From positions 27,200,001-27,264,000 of the forward strand of contig CP086569.2 of assembly GCA_009914755.4 (NCBI GenBank): a DNA stretch of 64,000 bases, given 5' to 3'. Source of the stretch: the human T2T-CHM13v2.0 reference genome, Homo sapiens. The notes beneath the pieces were generated by a model. The model was not told the DNA's origin and searched no databases. It saw nothing but the letters and a program-made list of their open reading frames with translations. Positions within the stretch are counted from its first letter, which is position 1. Each line of letters begins with the position of its first letter. A program made the translations under genes and the position numbers. Shown here in pieces: positions 26,438-41,400 of this stretch.

Positions 26438-27640
26438 TGAAATGCATTTATTTTAACATTGACCCATGTAAGGGTCAATTTTTCATATTTGGAAACTCAA
26501 ACATTCCTTGAATGAAAATATTTTGAAATGCCTTAACTGTCAAAGATTTTACTTTAAATATTGGAACTTTTAAAGAAGCATTATAAGGTATGGCTTTTTT
26601 TCATGCACTTATGGTAAATAATTATAAAAACAAATGAGTTACAATAAATTTATAATTCATGACAACTGAATTTGGGAGGGGTAATAGTGAAGTGTTTTTC
26701 CACTAAATTACTTTTTTCTAATCAGTGTGAAGTGACACAGGAAAGTAAAATTGGCCCTTATAAATAGGCTTTATTTTAAATTTCAAAGAAAATTAAAGAA
26801 TTTCACAATAAATGTACATCTTGTTGCTGTTGACAAATATTGTATGTGAAGGTGATTTCATTTGAAAGTGATTCCTCTGTGGAAAGGCTTAAGGGGGAAA
26901 TATGAAGAAAAGGAGAGCAATCAGAAATGCACAAGCTAATTTGGAAATTAGGTAATGAGGGAAAATACTGTGGAGAGGGTTTTTGTGTGTTTTGTTGTTT
27001 GTTTTCAATTTATATGTTTAGACAAGGATCGTTTCAGTTTTGGGGATGATTATTCTTACTTTGGGAAAGAGTTTGTGAGTTGTAAAATTGCCCAGGGATC
27101 AATTTTGGTAGGACTCTGAGGAAACCAGGTTGGCAGTGAATAGTGGTGATGATGTGGCACACAGTTCAGCAGAGAGAAGAACACATAATTAATGGACATT
27201 ATTCAATTCTGGCAGAAAAAGCCACTTAGATAAGCATCTAAACTCTACTCTCAAGTCCAGAATGTCTTGATGGGCAGGTGGGAGATAAGGAGCTTATAAA
27301 TAGTAAAATCAAGTTGGATTTTGAGTTTACTGGTCTCTTTTCTACCCCTACCCAGGAAAAGTAAATGAAATTTTCAGTGAATGGCTCTATCTTTTGCTCT
27401 TTCCTCTTTTCGGCCAAATCCCAAATGATAAAGGGAATTTGCCACATGGGTGAGAGATGAGACTGAAGTGATTATCAACTGTGCTGGTTCGCAGTTAGAA
27501 TTGTGCATGGCAGTAACCTGGGGAAATTAAAAGCAAATCTCTTAAGTCTAGGATATCCCCTGAAGATTTTAATATAGTAAATCTAGTATTTACTATTAAA
27601 TATTACTGGACATGTATGTTTTAAAATATTTCCTTGAAGC

Positions 27641-27700
27641 TGGGCATGGTGGTGCCTCTAGCCAGAGCCACAGAATAAGACACTGTCTCTAACAACAACA
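27641..27700 (+). mobile_element. Short Alu-derived fragment followed by (CAA)n-like run
   Basis: gctgggcatggtggtgcc...gacactgtctctaacaacaacaacaacaccaacaacaa. Confidence 0.5.
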
Positions 27701-29227
27701 ACAACACCAACAACAATAAACAATTTCTTGAGACACTGATACACTGCTGGTCAAGAACCACTGAATAGATAAGTGTAATATAAATTCCCATATCTCAAAC
27801 ACATAAAAAATCTCTAGAAGAGTTAGATGATAGGAGCTGCTTCCTTTGAATTTCTCCTTTCCAATAATAATGGCCTGACTTTTACCTGTCTCTACCTCTG
27901 TGGGTGGGAAGTTAAAAGAACTATTACTTGCAATATCTATCAGAGTAAGAATAACACCTTTTCTTTGCCACCATCACTTATGCACTGCCATTCATAGGGT
28001 CGTTAGAAATTTGCTATTGTGGACTCTTTTAATAAGTAGAGACTGACTCTTTCAGGACTCTGAGTCTCTTTGTTATCATTGTGGTGATTAGGTCAATACA
28101 TCATTATTAAAAGAAGGGTTCTCTCAATTACAAGAGTAAAAAATTCTAAACCTTTTTTTAAAGCTGAAGCTCTATTATGGACTGCCTCACTATGTCAGTT
28201 AAGTACACAGAACTATGGCATAATCAGGATAGCAGTTTTAAACACTTAAAACCATGAAGTTAGTAAGAATACAGAGAATACATTTAGGTCATTATTAGAG
28301 CTTTAATTGGTAAGCCATCGTATTTTTATTTCTGATTTATATTTTACCTAAAATAAAAAAATTAGGTTACAATATAGAAACTAGAATAATTTAATATTAT
28401 TTTAATAATTTAGTTGCAGCAGTCCTGTGAACTAATTATCCATTTGGTGAACAATCTGGGAAAATTAAACATAAATTATGAATTAATGAATGTTGTAAAA
28501 GTGCTCAAAGTGGGGATTATGACTCTTAGTAACAATTTTAATTGCATTCTTGAGGCTATTTTGGAAAATAAAATCTGAAACTAAAGAAAGGAAATATTTT
28601 ACACGAAAATACTTGTTTTATATAGAATCGCTTGGAGACATATCCACAGCAAATATAAAAATACAAGGTCTATAGTCTAAATGTGTCTCATAGATGTGTT
28701 TAGTTTGCCTCTATAAATTGTCTCACAATGGAAGGTTTAGGAGACTCGTGCACAGATCTGGATTCCAGGCTTCTCTTCAAGAATCCAATCTGGTGTCCCT
28801 TGAGCCTATCTCATGTTTAGGACGCTGTGCAGAGGTTGCCCCTTTCTATGAGGCATGTGGTCTACATTTTGCTACTGTACTTCACTTCCTCAGGTCATCT
28901 CCCTTGCCTCTGTAGGGATGACTTTACAAGCCCTGTTTTATAATATATTTTAGTAAATATTTCAAGGTTTTCAAGACATTTTATATTTATTTAAATATGG
29001 AGTCTATATTTTATATAAATCCCTTGGTAATTGGGTTGAACTTTTGAATTTAGATGGTGGTGTTTTATAAATTATTTTTCTTTATATATACCATAAATAG
29101 TCATCTTCCCATTAGAATGCATGGAAGCTTTTTAAGGTGAATCATGGTATAGTTGCATAGGTTACGCATATTGCAGACAACGTTATATTTTTCTCTTCAG
29201 CATTGCCTCCTAAAAATGCAAATAATT

Positions 29228-29576
<349 letters not shown>

Positions 29577-29963
29577 TCATTATTCTATAAATAATTCATA
29601 TAGGTCATTATTAGAGCTTTAATTGATAAGCCACTGTATTTTTATTTCTGATTTATATTTTACTTAAAATAAAAAAAGTAAGAATTCATATGGAAACTAG
29701 AATACAAATAAATTTTTAAAGGAGTTATATACCAGGGTCCTAAGATTATAATTACATAAATATTTGCATCAGGGTCCTAAGATTGTAATTGAGAATAATA
29801 TTTTATACAGAGCTTTCTGACAGCTAAGATAAAAATATTACTAGAGAAAACCCATGGACTATTTAATAATAAGCAGTGAAAGTTCATTTGAAGCCTATCT
29901 CTATTAATTCAGAGCCTGGCTCTTCAAATTAAAAAGAGAGAGGCTTCAAATGAACTGTCAATC

Positions 29964-30029
29964 GTGTCAGAATCTCAGATGACAATGTCAGGTGTGAGCA
30001 CCTGACATTGTCATCTGAGATTCTGACAC
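29964..30029. repeat. Perfect inverted repeat: 31-bp arms, 4-nt spacer (66-nt perfect hairpin)
   Basis: gtgtcagaatctcagatgacaatgtcaggtg tgag cacctgacattgtcatctgagattctgacac, arms exactly reverse-complementary; outer 16-bp IR agttcatttgaagcct (29881-96) / aggcttcaaatgaact (29941-56). Confidence 0.95.
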
Positions 30030-30745
30030 CATCAATAGAAGAGAATGAGGCACGTGTGTATCACCTTTACTGGCAAGCTCTCACAACTGTATCCCTGAAA
30101 CTCTCATTTCTTAAATGTTAACAGTCTCCAAAATAAGTATTTACAAATAGGGATTAGGTGAAGTTCAAAAGATTTCTCAAATACTAGACACATAATGCAC
30201 AGTTTTGTAACATTTTTCAAACATGGGTGATCATGAAGTCTTTCTTTTGGGGTATAATGTTGAACTTCTGGTAAAGTAAATATCCTTTGGAATATATTAA
30301 TAGTTTAAGAAACACCGCTCTATAGATAATAATTTAGATCATTTATAAAAATACCTGAAACATTTATTACTGTGTCTTAGAGTTTGAGGACATAGAGAAA
30401 AAAATACAGCTGCTGCCCTCAAGAAGCTCTTGGTTCAGGTGGGAAACAATAAAATCCTTGAAACATGCCATGGTAAATGCTGTGACAGAAGCAAAGATTC
30501 TTGGAACTGGGAAGTGTTTGAAGTGAGTTTTGGAGATGACCAGAGTTCTTGTGGTGAGGCAGAGGAGGTTGTTTCCAGCGGAAGGAGCAGAACGTAGAAA
30601 AGCACCGAGGAGTGAAAAGAAAGGGACTACCTCTTATGTCCTTTCAATTGTATATATTTAAGCTCACAGGATCTTACATAAGGTTTTCAGTTCAGTTGAT
30701 AAATACGTAATTATGTGATTATAAATTGTTGCTGTTGTTTTACAG

Positions 30746-30852
30746 ACTGAATGTCAACCACTTTTACTGGCTGTGCGTCTAAGAAAACTGATAATGGTGG
30801 AAGTTTTATTAAACAAAAATGCAAATATAAATGCAATTGATTGTCTTAGCAG
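30746..30852 (+). CDS. Ankyrin-repeat gene exon 4 (phase 0 start, phase-2 end). Expected donor position reads AT rather than GT
   Basis: acceptor ttgttttacag|A; TECQPLLLAVRLRKLIMVEVLLNKNANINAIDCLS(R), homologous to ..LTPLLLAV...KQ..VEFL..K.AN.NA.D... of the family; sequence after the exon is agcag|atacagacc (no GT). Confidence 0.6.
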
Positions 30853-31435
30853 ATACAGACCTTAGTTCTTATTGTATTGTTTTTAAACCTGAGTGTCATT
30901 GTAGAGTGGTAGCAGTCACTCAAGTCACAAATATTACATTAATAAGAAGACTAACTTTTAATTATTGGGATATAGTGAGAAATATCAACACAGATCATCA
31001 CTTAGGTAGAAAAACAATTATTTGGACTGAGTAACATAAAGAACAGTGTATAGCAGGATTTGTCTCTCTATATAGACATTATACACATAAAAGGCTTCTA
31101 TATATAGAAAGCTCTGTATATTGATAGATGTTTGTTATTTGTAATATGATGTGTTATTTATAATGTAATAATGTGATGCTTTTGATTGTATGATTTTATG
31201 TTAGCGAAAGGGGTTTCATGTTAGTTTTTCATTTCTACTGTGTTTTGATGTTGTTTTTAATTGATATGGGGAGAGGGAGAAAAGATAGCTTTCAATGGAT
31301 AAAACTTTACTTTAATGAAAACAAGCTTTAGGTTCACACAGGACTGGATTTAATCCCTAGCTTTCCCACTTGCTAGATGTGTGACCTTGGTAACATTACT
31401 TATCACCAAGTATGTTTTCTTCTGTGAAAAGGAGG

Positions 31436-31475
31436 GTAATAATATATCCTTCAAGGATGGTTGTGTGTAAGTAAC

Positions 31476-31534
<59 letters not shown>

Positions 31535-31880
31535 TTAGAATGTCCAGCTAACAGAGCAAGGTGCTGATGTTTTGGAAACAATGGCTGAGCATATGCTTAT
31601 GTGCATATATATAATATATATATACACATATGTATGTAAGAATATAATGTAAGTAACATCATATATAGTATATAATATATACTATATATAGATAATATAT
31701 AATCTATAATGTATATTATATATTTTATAGATAACATATAATATACAATATATTATATATGTATGATGTTACTTAAGTTACTTATACACAACCACCCTTG
31801 AAGGATATATTATCCTCCATATGTATATATTTATATATATATAGTGTTTAATTAAATGCCTAGCACATGCTTATCAGCAT
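31436..31880. repeat. AT-rich imperfect palindrome (~450 bp) containing (TA)27 at 31477-31530
   Basis: ggtaataatatatccttcaaggatggttgtgtgtaagtaacat (31436-76) is reverse-complementary to gatgttacttaagttacttatacacaaccacccttgaaggatatattatcc (31766-815); inner taagtaacatcatatata / tatatatgtatgatgttactta also pair. Confidence 0.8.
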
Positions 31881-32303
31881 CGTTAACTGAAGCTATGACT
31901 ACTACTATTAGCATTCCTATTAATATTATTGTTTTAAGCCTGCAGATAGCTCTTATCTAACCCTTTAGCTGATTTGGCATTATAATGTATAGTATCAGAC
32001 TAGGGAAGAAATGAATAATTTTTCACTTAAATTTGCCTACTGTAGATAGGTGGCCTGAGCACAGTTTCTTGCCCATCAAAGGACTTTAAGTTAGCAACTT
32101 TATGTCATACCATAGTGGGACAAGAGGCTTCCTTTTTGTTCCTTGCTTTTAACCTTTATGGTAACTTGCAAAGATAAACCCTTGGGCACCCAAGATGCTT
32201 GTTTCTTAGTACACGTAATTGGGTTAATTCTACATGGACAGACAACATATTAAGTTGATAAAGTATATAAACTTAGCTTTTAAAATGTCATTAAAGTTTT
32301 TAA

Positions 32304-32462
<159 letters not shown>

Positions 32463-34910
32463 TAAGTCTTTACATAAAAAGGCTAGTGAACACTAAATTG
32501 AAGTTTAAAATAATTGTAACAATTGCATCTTATATATCAGGTGCGATTTCATAGTTTGGTTCAAGTAGTTTTCAAGTGACAAATTTTCAAGTTTTTAACT
32601 TTTCGAGAGTTGTGCAACTTCGTCAGCCAGAAATCAAGCAAAAGGCTAGATTAGTAGCAGCGGGTGCAGGATTCTTGATATTGAAACTTTTAGGACTTTT
32701 CTCCTTAGGGATTCCAATGTTGTACATTTTATTTCCAGTATAACCCCTATGCATAGGATAAAGTAGTTTCACATCTTTGATTTTTCTAATTGGTTATTTG
32801 GGTCTCAAAATGTGCAGTTTATCAAAAAATCTTGTGCTGTGTACTGGGGACCATCTACTATAGCCTGATCATTGAATTTTTCAAGAACCTAAGAGGTTCC
32901 CTAAGTACAAGGAAGACAATCAGTGTCTACAAGTCAGAAGGAGAAGGGGAAAGGGCATTCTAATCATTGCTTTGTTTTCATTGATTCTGTTGCTGCTTTT
33001 TCCATTGAAAGTACTCTTGCAGTCTGGTAATGATTAACCTTTGTCACCAGGATGCCCTTTCTGTTTGAGATCCCTCAGTCTTCATGTTGATCCATAAAAA
33101 GGCTTCAAAGTTACAATTTTTTTTTTTTTAGTTCACTTGCACATACTTATATGCTCAGCCATTGTTTCCAAAACAGCAGAACCTTGCTCTGTTAGCTGGA
33201 TATTCTAACTTTATCAACATACATACTGAGCAAATTGACACTTTCACCCACACTCAAAACCTGATGTAAAGCCCACATTTTAACCTGGGCTTCTAGACTT
33301 CATGGTGAGTTATTTTTTGAGTCCCTTTTTTTTCTCTTCAAATATTAGTTGGTATAGTTCTAAACTGTCAGAGATATTCAAATAATGTTGTAGAAAGAGA
33401 TCACAGTTTTTTTCTTTATTGCTACCAGATCTGTACCCTGAGACTTTTTAAATAAACAGTGTAAGAAATTTTCTCAGCTAGTGAAAACTTCTATGCCATC
33501 CTTCCTTATAGTAGGAGGCATCGACTTGTGGTTGGCCCCTCAAGTGATCTGTTTTCTGTAATAATGAAGATCTCCCAAGCTGCTTGCATCACTGTCTCAA
33601 GTTTGTAAAATATTTTCAGATTCTACCTTAGAGGAAGCCATTCATCAGAATTATCTAAGTCTCAAGTTGGTTAGTTAGATTTAACAGAGCTAATCCTCAT
33701 CCATGACTTATCAGCATTTATATGTAAAAGTAAGGCTTTGTACTTGCTTTGGCAGCACAAATACTAAAATTGGAACAATACGGAGAAAATTAGCTTTGTT
33801 AAGCACTTCATATTTTGCAGTCAGGGGAAGGTCATTTGACTGTTTGCTGGCTAGCTAAGTCACAGTTTGAACAGAAACAAAATGGGTGGCCCCTTATATT
33901 TGAATTGTGATTTTTCACTACAAAAACATTTGTGTAAGGTGATCTATAAACTGAGAATGGAGATAAGTAACACATAGGGTGTTGTGTAAATATTTTGTTA
34001 GTATGTATCTTGGAAATGAGAAAATGTCAACTTTCATCTACTTCATAGAACTTAAAAAAAATGAAAGTAGGGTTTTGTCTTCCATGTCAGTTGGAGATAA
34101 CATCACTGATGGAGATTAACCATCATTCTAGCAAACATCTGCTGGTTCAGTTAGAGTCTGTAGAGAAGTAATAGTGGTAGCCCAGGCAAGATCTTGACAT
34201 CTGTTAGTTTTCTGCCCTTGGAATTGATGAGCTCAATAATAGTGAACAATCATCTTACCTATTTTACTGAAATAATGTATTCATAAATTTATTTGTGAAT
34301 TATGAAATATTTGAGATGCGCTGAATTATAAGCCACAAATAATAGAACAATAAGCAAAATTAGGACTTAACATTTTTCTTAAACTGAAGCATTTGAATAT
34401 TAGAACCTATGAAAAAATACACATTGGGTTTGATTTGGGATTTCAAAATAGTTTCAGCAATAAAGTTCAAGAACAAATTCCACTGCTTTACTATTTCTCT
34501 GTGAATGTTAAAAATGCTACTTCATTAAACCTATATAACAACCTAGTGAAAGAAGATAGTAAAATCTAGAAGAAGACATTGTGCCTAAGAGAAGCAACTT
34601 GTTTAAGAGGAAATACCTTTTGGCTATAGAGCCAGGACCTTCCAGTAAGAGCCAGGAAGGTGACTTTCCATTATGTCAAGCTGATGTGAGACAGTTTGCT
34701 GGGCTATACTGCCTTCACTTCATGAGTACTTCACCTGTTTTTATTATTTAATTAGAAAGGTACTAAGAAGTTTATAGAGCTTACAGAAGAGAAGTGTATA
34801 GGATAATTAACATCCTGATATTGTTCAAGATACTCTAATAGTTCAGTATGTTTGGTAAATGTTTCTGATAATAGTATTAAAATATTAATTTCATTTATTT
34901 TTATACATAG

Positions 34911-34978
34911 CATTTTCAAACTAATTTCTGAATACAAAAGAAAGAAATATGAAGAGCTTTCTATAAATGGCAATCCAG
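34911..34978 (+). CDS. Ankyrin-repeat gene exon 6 (phase-1 start, phase-1 end)
   Basis: acceptor ttatacatag|C, donor CCAG|gtaaga; (V)IFKLISEYKRKKYEELSINGNP; compare POTE/ANKRD26 ..I.QLLSDYKEKQ.LKISSENSNPE. Confidence 0.65.
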
Positions 34979-35366
34979 GTAAGATTTCTGATAGTGAATT
35001 ACTCTTGATGGTACTACCATAGATAAAAAAGAATAAAGATGTTTTGATTACAAAAAAGCAGTTTAAAAAAATCAGTTTAAATTGCACACATTTAAAAAAT
35101 ACTTAGTAGTCTAGATTTTATAATTATTTAAAAAGTTAATTGTAGGTAGTTTATAATCTCAGTGTTGTTTGAAAAAAATTATTATTTAATTATGGTTCCT
35201 AATATTCTAAATGATCTTTTTGTGTAAATAAGAAAACAAATTTTTGTTACTACATTGCATGTTTTTTTATAGTCACATAATAATGAATTAGACTTTTTAT
35301 ATAATTAGAACTTCTATTTAATTTGTAAAATAAATTCTTTGCAATTACTAAATGAATCAATAATTA

Positions 35367-35440
35367 CAGTTGGCCCTTGAACAACATGGGATTTAGTGCT
35401 GCCAATGCCCATGCTGATGAAAATACATATTTGGTATGTT
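35367..35440. mobile_element. Tigger-type (Tc1/mariner) terminal inverted repeat fragment
   Basis: cagttggcccttgaacaacatgggatttagtgctgc resembles Tigger TIR CAGTTGACCCTTGAACAACACGGG; extent of the element not resolved. Confidence 0.35.
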
Positions 35441-37349
35441 ATATATATTATATATTGTATTCTGAGTACAAGAAAGTAAGCTAGAGAAAGGAAGCTTTTG
35501 CAATAGTTAAAGCTGTAGTTTCCTTGTAGTTCGATGCTTGAACTACTATCAATCTAGTGTAAGGTGTTCACCCATCCATGGTAAAATAAAGTAAATTTTC
35601 TCCATTTACTCATTTTAAAATGTTGGTCTTTTTCTTGCCCTTATGCCTTCTTCATTTGTTTTACTTAATTTTTTATTTGTAAAAAAACAGTAATAGTTGG
35701 TAGGGACTTTTTTTCCTGTGAAAACCATCAATGAAGAGGCCATGTTGATCTAGGAAATATAAACATATTTATTTGGTAGCAGTAGAAATATAAAGCATAA
35801 GCAGAAAAGAGGTACAGTTAATATGATTTAGTGAACATTGAATGTAAAACATTAGTGGGGAGAGAGAAATCTTGGATCATTCATAGGTTTCCAGGTTGTG
35901 TACTGGCCTTTATACTGCACAGGAGAAAGGAGTAGGATGTGTTCACTGAATGGAAAAGTACAGCTGGTCAACAGGGAAGAGTAACTTCCCTTACCTCCAC
36001 CTCTGAGGTTGGAGATGCAGAAGTAGAATGATGTTGTTATAATTTTTAGGCAAAATCATCGATCTCAACTGTCCATGATGCAGATGTAGAATGAGAAGGC
36101 ATCCAGTGACAAAACCCTGGGAATGTCAACATTCCCTCCCGCCCCCAGAAAAAAAAGAGTTGGTAAAGGAGAATGAGCAGTGGCTAGAGAAAAGTAGGAG
36201 AGGAGTCAAAGGAAGTGATGTGGCAAAAATAAAAAATATGAGAATTTTAAGGAGGGTGTATCAATTCTAACAAGTAAGATTACTAAAAAGCCAATTAGAT
36301 TTAATTTTTAAAAGCTCTTTGGCGGTACCGTTTTCAAAAGAACCATTTTTGAGGTGTAATGTGGGCTGTTGATGTGATTGGTATGTCTGGTGTCCAAATA
36401 TGGAGGAACAAATCTACCAAGATCCTACGTAACTCTTTTGTAACTGCAGAAGCTATGTGGACAGGGTCAGGGAAAATGGTCTTGACTTCTGAGTACATGT
36501 GCCCACACTTTTACAGAATTGTCAAAACCTAAGTGTAATGTGTGAGAAAAACTGTGGTCTTCTTATCTGCTCCTTGTGGAAATACTTAGTTTGTACTGAA
36601 ATCCCTGATAAGTTCTTCTGGATGCATTCTGTAACAAAAGTCTGGCAGCAGTAACTGGAACCAGCTTGTCCAAAGCACATACATCCCAACTCCCTCCAAC
36701 ATGGAATCATAACACAGCTACATTTTGAGAGTTTCAAGTTTCAATTGGAAGTAGTCTACAGACGAGCAGTTTGGAGAAGCTGACATCTTTTATATTATGT
36801 TATGGATGTATGATATTATGTTATGGATAGGTGATATGCTAAGTATTCCAAGTCTCTGTGTTCTGGGACACTTTGTTTTAGTGCAATTCCCTTTTCATGA
36901 CCTCTTCTAATATCTCTGCTTTTACTGTTTTCTTTTGAATTTAATCCCTAAAGAAAATATTAGAACACATTTCTAACATAGGTATTTTTGACAACTATAT
37001 ATGATTTTCTTTTAAGAGAATTAGCTACCTATTCTAACTTATATCTGGTATTCTATTAATCTTTAATGCTAAACTTCTTTATATCTTCAGCACAATGACA
37101 GTGTAAGTGATGCTGATCCTTTAAGATTTTAAGTTTCTTTTAAATTTTCAAACTTTAAATGTCTTTTAAATTTTCAAATTAAGTTAAGACACTTAAGGTG
37201 TCTTTTAAATTTTCAAACTTGACATAGTTTTAATGTAAAACACTTTTCTGGTATTACATTTCTTCAAATATTGGTAATCTGTTACTTAGCTGGAATATTT
37301 GGTCGGTTGGATTACCACACCTTTAACCATCTATATATAACTTTCTTGA

Positions 37350-37655
37350 TTTTTTTTTTTTTTGAGATTGAGTCTTTTGCTGTTTCCCAGGCTGGAGTGC
37401 AATAGTGTGATCATAGCTCACTGCAGCCTCAAACTTCTGGGTTCAAGTGGTCCTCTTACTTCAGCCTCCTAAGTCGCTTAGACTGCTACGAGCCTATGCC
37501 ACCATACCAAGCTAACTTTTTTATTTTTTATTTTTTAGAGACAAGGGTCTCTCTCTGTTGCTCAGGCCAGTCTCAAACTTTTGGCTTCAAGTGATCCTTC
37601 TGCCTTAGCCTCCCAAAGTGCTGGAATTATAGTCATGAGCCATCATGCTGGTCCA
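37350..37655 (-). mobile_element. Alu SINE antisense (AluJ-like)
   Basis: ttttttttttttttgagattgagtcttttgctgtttcccaggctggagtgcaatagtgtgatcatagctcactgcagcc. Confidence 0.85.
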
Positions 37656-37898
37656 TAACTTACTTTATTCCCCAAAATGAGTTTAAAGTACTATTGGCCC
37701 TTAATAATAAAAACCCGCTGTTTGGAAGGAGAAGTGGATAACTCATCCTACTTTTTAAATGCAGTTTTTGACTTTTTGACCTGTTCTGTGAAGAACTGCC
37801 TTTAAAAGATGATTTTTAGTTTTAATAGATATTTTTGGTTTTATAAGAACTTAAGAAAAAAGATTAGAAACAAATTAAATGAGCTCTATGATCGATAG

Positions 37899-38293
<395 letters not shown>

Positions 38294-38305
38294 CTACTAA
38301 TACAT

Positions 38306-38462
38306 TTTAGAGACAGGGTCTCACTCTGTTTCCCAGGCTGGAGTGCAATGGTTATTCGCAGGCACAATCTCCGCTGCAACCTCGAACTTTTGATCTCAAG
38401 CAATCTTCCTGCCTCAGCCGTTGGAGTAGTTGGGACTACAAGTGCATGCCATTGCACCTGGC
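38306..38462 (-). mobile_element. Partial Alu (right-arm half) antisense
   Basis: agacagggtctcactctgtttcccaggctggagtgcaatgg...gtgcatgccattgcacctggcc. Confidence 0.75.
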
Positions 38463-41400
38463 CTAATCCCCAATTATTATAAAAGAAACCTTGGTGAGTT
38501 GAAGACAATTGGCTGTGATCTTTTTGTTTCTCTTTTAGAAGCTTTCATACTATGGGGTATATTTTTAATCATCCATATTCTCAATTTTTTATTCTGGTTA
38601 AAATAGGATTGCTGCTTGTTTTTCATTTTTTTGGCATAATTATTTCTATTCCTTTATGGATTTACTCATGCGGAAATACAGGAATCTCAAAGGCAACTGT
38701 TAAGGAAAACAGATTAGGGAAAGGTATTCTATAAACAGCCTTCTGATTGTAGTCACAGGTCACATCACCTTAAAGAAAACTAATTTCATATAATGCCATT
38801 ATGTCAGAGTTTCCCAAGACCACCTCTGTTTGGTGATTCACTTGTAAGGGCTCAGCAAACAGTCCTACTCTGGGCTTTGATTTGTTACAGTGAAAGAATA
38901 CAAAGTAAAATTGGCTCAGGGCAAAGGGGCATGTGGCAAGTCTTGGAGAAGCCAGGCACAAGCTTCCAGGAGCCCTCTCCTGTGGAGTTACCAGGATGTG
39001 CTGAATTCCTGTAGCTTTGAATTTTGACAGCACATGGGCAGTATTGTCTACCAATATGAGTCTGACTAGACAGTATCCAAGATTTTTATGGAAGCTAGTT
39101 ACATAGGCATTCTATCTCACACATATACAAAAATTCCACACTTCCAGAAGAAAAGCAGCTGTTCAGAGTCAACCACATTGTTTATGCAAACAGTTTAGGT
39201 ACAGTGAGGTACTTTTCTCAGAAAATGGTGACAAACCTTTAAAATGCAAATTTCCAAACACCAGCAAAGGGCCAGTTTTGCATGTAGGCCTTTCTAAGAA
39301 TGACAGTCTTATGACTGTTATATGAATTATTTTCTTCACAGCAGTTACAGCCCCAACTTAATTTTAGTGTCTTAAAAATTCTATTTAATAATGAATAACA
39401 TGGTGATATAATATAGCATGGTGCTTATTTCATTTGTGTCAGTTGCAACTTAATATGAAATATTAAGTTTCTGTGCTGTAAGGTTTTGGAATTTTGGTGA
39501 ATATTTAACAGGTTTCTATACAGAAGTTACTATGGTAATATTAGGTAATTATAATCTGTTCTTATTCGATTAACCTTTCAGTAAAATGGTTAGATAAAAT
39601 AAGTAATGATTTCTGATTTAAAATTAAAATAAAAAATTTGTTTCATTTTAATTATGTAGATGGTTCAGTTTTGTTTTATATTTTATTAAATTTCTGTTTA
39701 TAATTATGAAATTTAAAAAATCAATCATTTATCAGTTATTTTCTTGCCTGTTAATACAGTTATTTGCTTTATATACTTTTATATACTATAATTCTGGAGA
39801 GAATATTCATATTGTGTTTCAAATTGAGTACATCTTGCTATAATATATGGCAATATATTGTAGTAATATATTAGCAATAGAAGATTCAGTGAAAATCTTT
39901 TAAAAAAGTTAATAACTTTATTTTAAGAGCAGTTTTATATTCTCAGCAATATTGAAAAGAACCTAAAGAGATTTTTCAAGTATGCCATCCCCCCTCACAT
40001 GCATAGCTCCCCCTATTATCAATATCTCCCACCTGAGTGGTACATTTGTTACAACTGGGAAGCTTACATTGCTGGATCATAATAATCACCCAAAGCCTAT
40101 AGTTTATATCTAAGTTCCCTCTTGGTATTGTACCTCCTATATAGTTGGACAAATGTATAATAAATGTACCTGCCGTTAGAATACTTTTGTTGTCCTGAAA
40201 TTCATCTCTCTTTTTTTTATTCCTCCCTCCCAACTAACCCCTGTCAACTACTAATATTTTTTCTGTCTCCATAGTTTTGATATGTCCAGCATAGTCATAT
40301 ATTAAGGATAATATAGTGGATATCTTTTTCAATATTACAAAACATAAATTTCCAAGATAATTGAATGTATTCAATTAAGGTATCCATTGTGCTTTTTGCT
40401 TTTAGTTTATTAATGTAGGATTTAATGGCTTATGGTTTACGTGTTGAAAAAGCATAATTTATATAGACATTTGCCACATAATGGGGAGGGTTGAGGAAAA
40501 TGACTTCATGCTGTGTACTACACAGCACTAACTGGATCATCCTTCTCTGTGAGATGGGTCCAGATATACTAGAAGTGGAAAGAGACAATCTCAAGAGGCT
40601 GTACTTTATAAAACTAGAGTCAGAAAGTCTTTCCTATTTACCTTGCAGTTGGAAATAAGACCAGCTAGTGAATACTATAGGCATACAAATATGTTTCTTA
40701 TTGACCTTCTTTTTTTGAGGGATCAGTATGAAAACAGTCTATATTATTATAACATGGGTTCTCCATCATGAAAAATGCCGAGAGTCATACTATTTTTGTT
40801 TACCTAAAGTGACAAAGATTTGTTGTTGTTGTTTTTCCCACTAGGTAGTGGGACAACTGTTGGCACATCTTGGTAGCTCCAGTGAGTTTATGGTTCCTTT
40901 ATATGTATTTTATATATTAGAAAGTCCTCCCTGGCAACTTGCCATACCTCCCCAGTGTTTCTTTATAAGCTTCTCTCTGACAAGGAGACAAGACTCAGAT
41001 TGGATAAGCTTTTAAGGGAGTGCTATTTCCTCTGTGTGTTTTTTTTGAAGGAGCTAAAGTGAAAGCTGAATTTAAGCATTGTTTGTGCCCTACATAGGGT
41101 GAATGAATAGCTAGAACTGAGCAAACTTACCAGAATCTTCCCTAGGAGAGGATTAGTGAAGAGTAAGGACGCTGATCTCTCTTAGGCTCTTCTGCACTGG
41201 CAGCTGAAAAGTCTTTGCAGGGATCCTTGACCCTGGTCTGTATGCTGTGTTTTGCCATAGAATAAGTACAGTTTTCATAGACCTAGAGTTTTTGTATTAG
41301 AGTGCTTTATCCTGAATAGTTTAAACCGAAGAGGTGGAGAAACTGTTGTGTTTCAACAAAATAAGTAAAGTAATTTCCTCTTATCCGTGGGGGTACATTT

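Noticed and set aside
34752-35087. 111-aa minus-strand ORF overlapping exon 6
   Set aside because: AT-rich antisense artefact. The + strand exon has strong splice sites, phase continuity and family homology.
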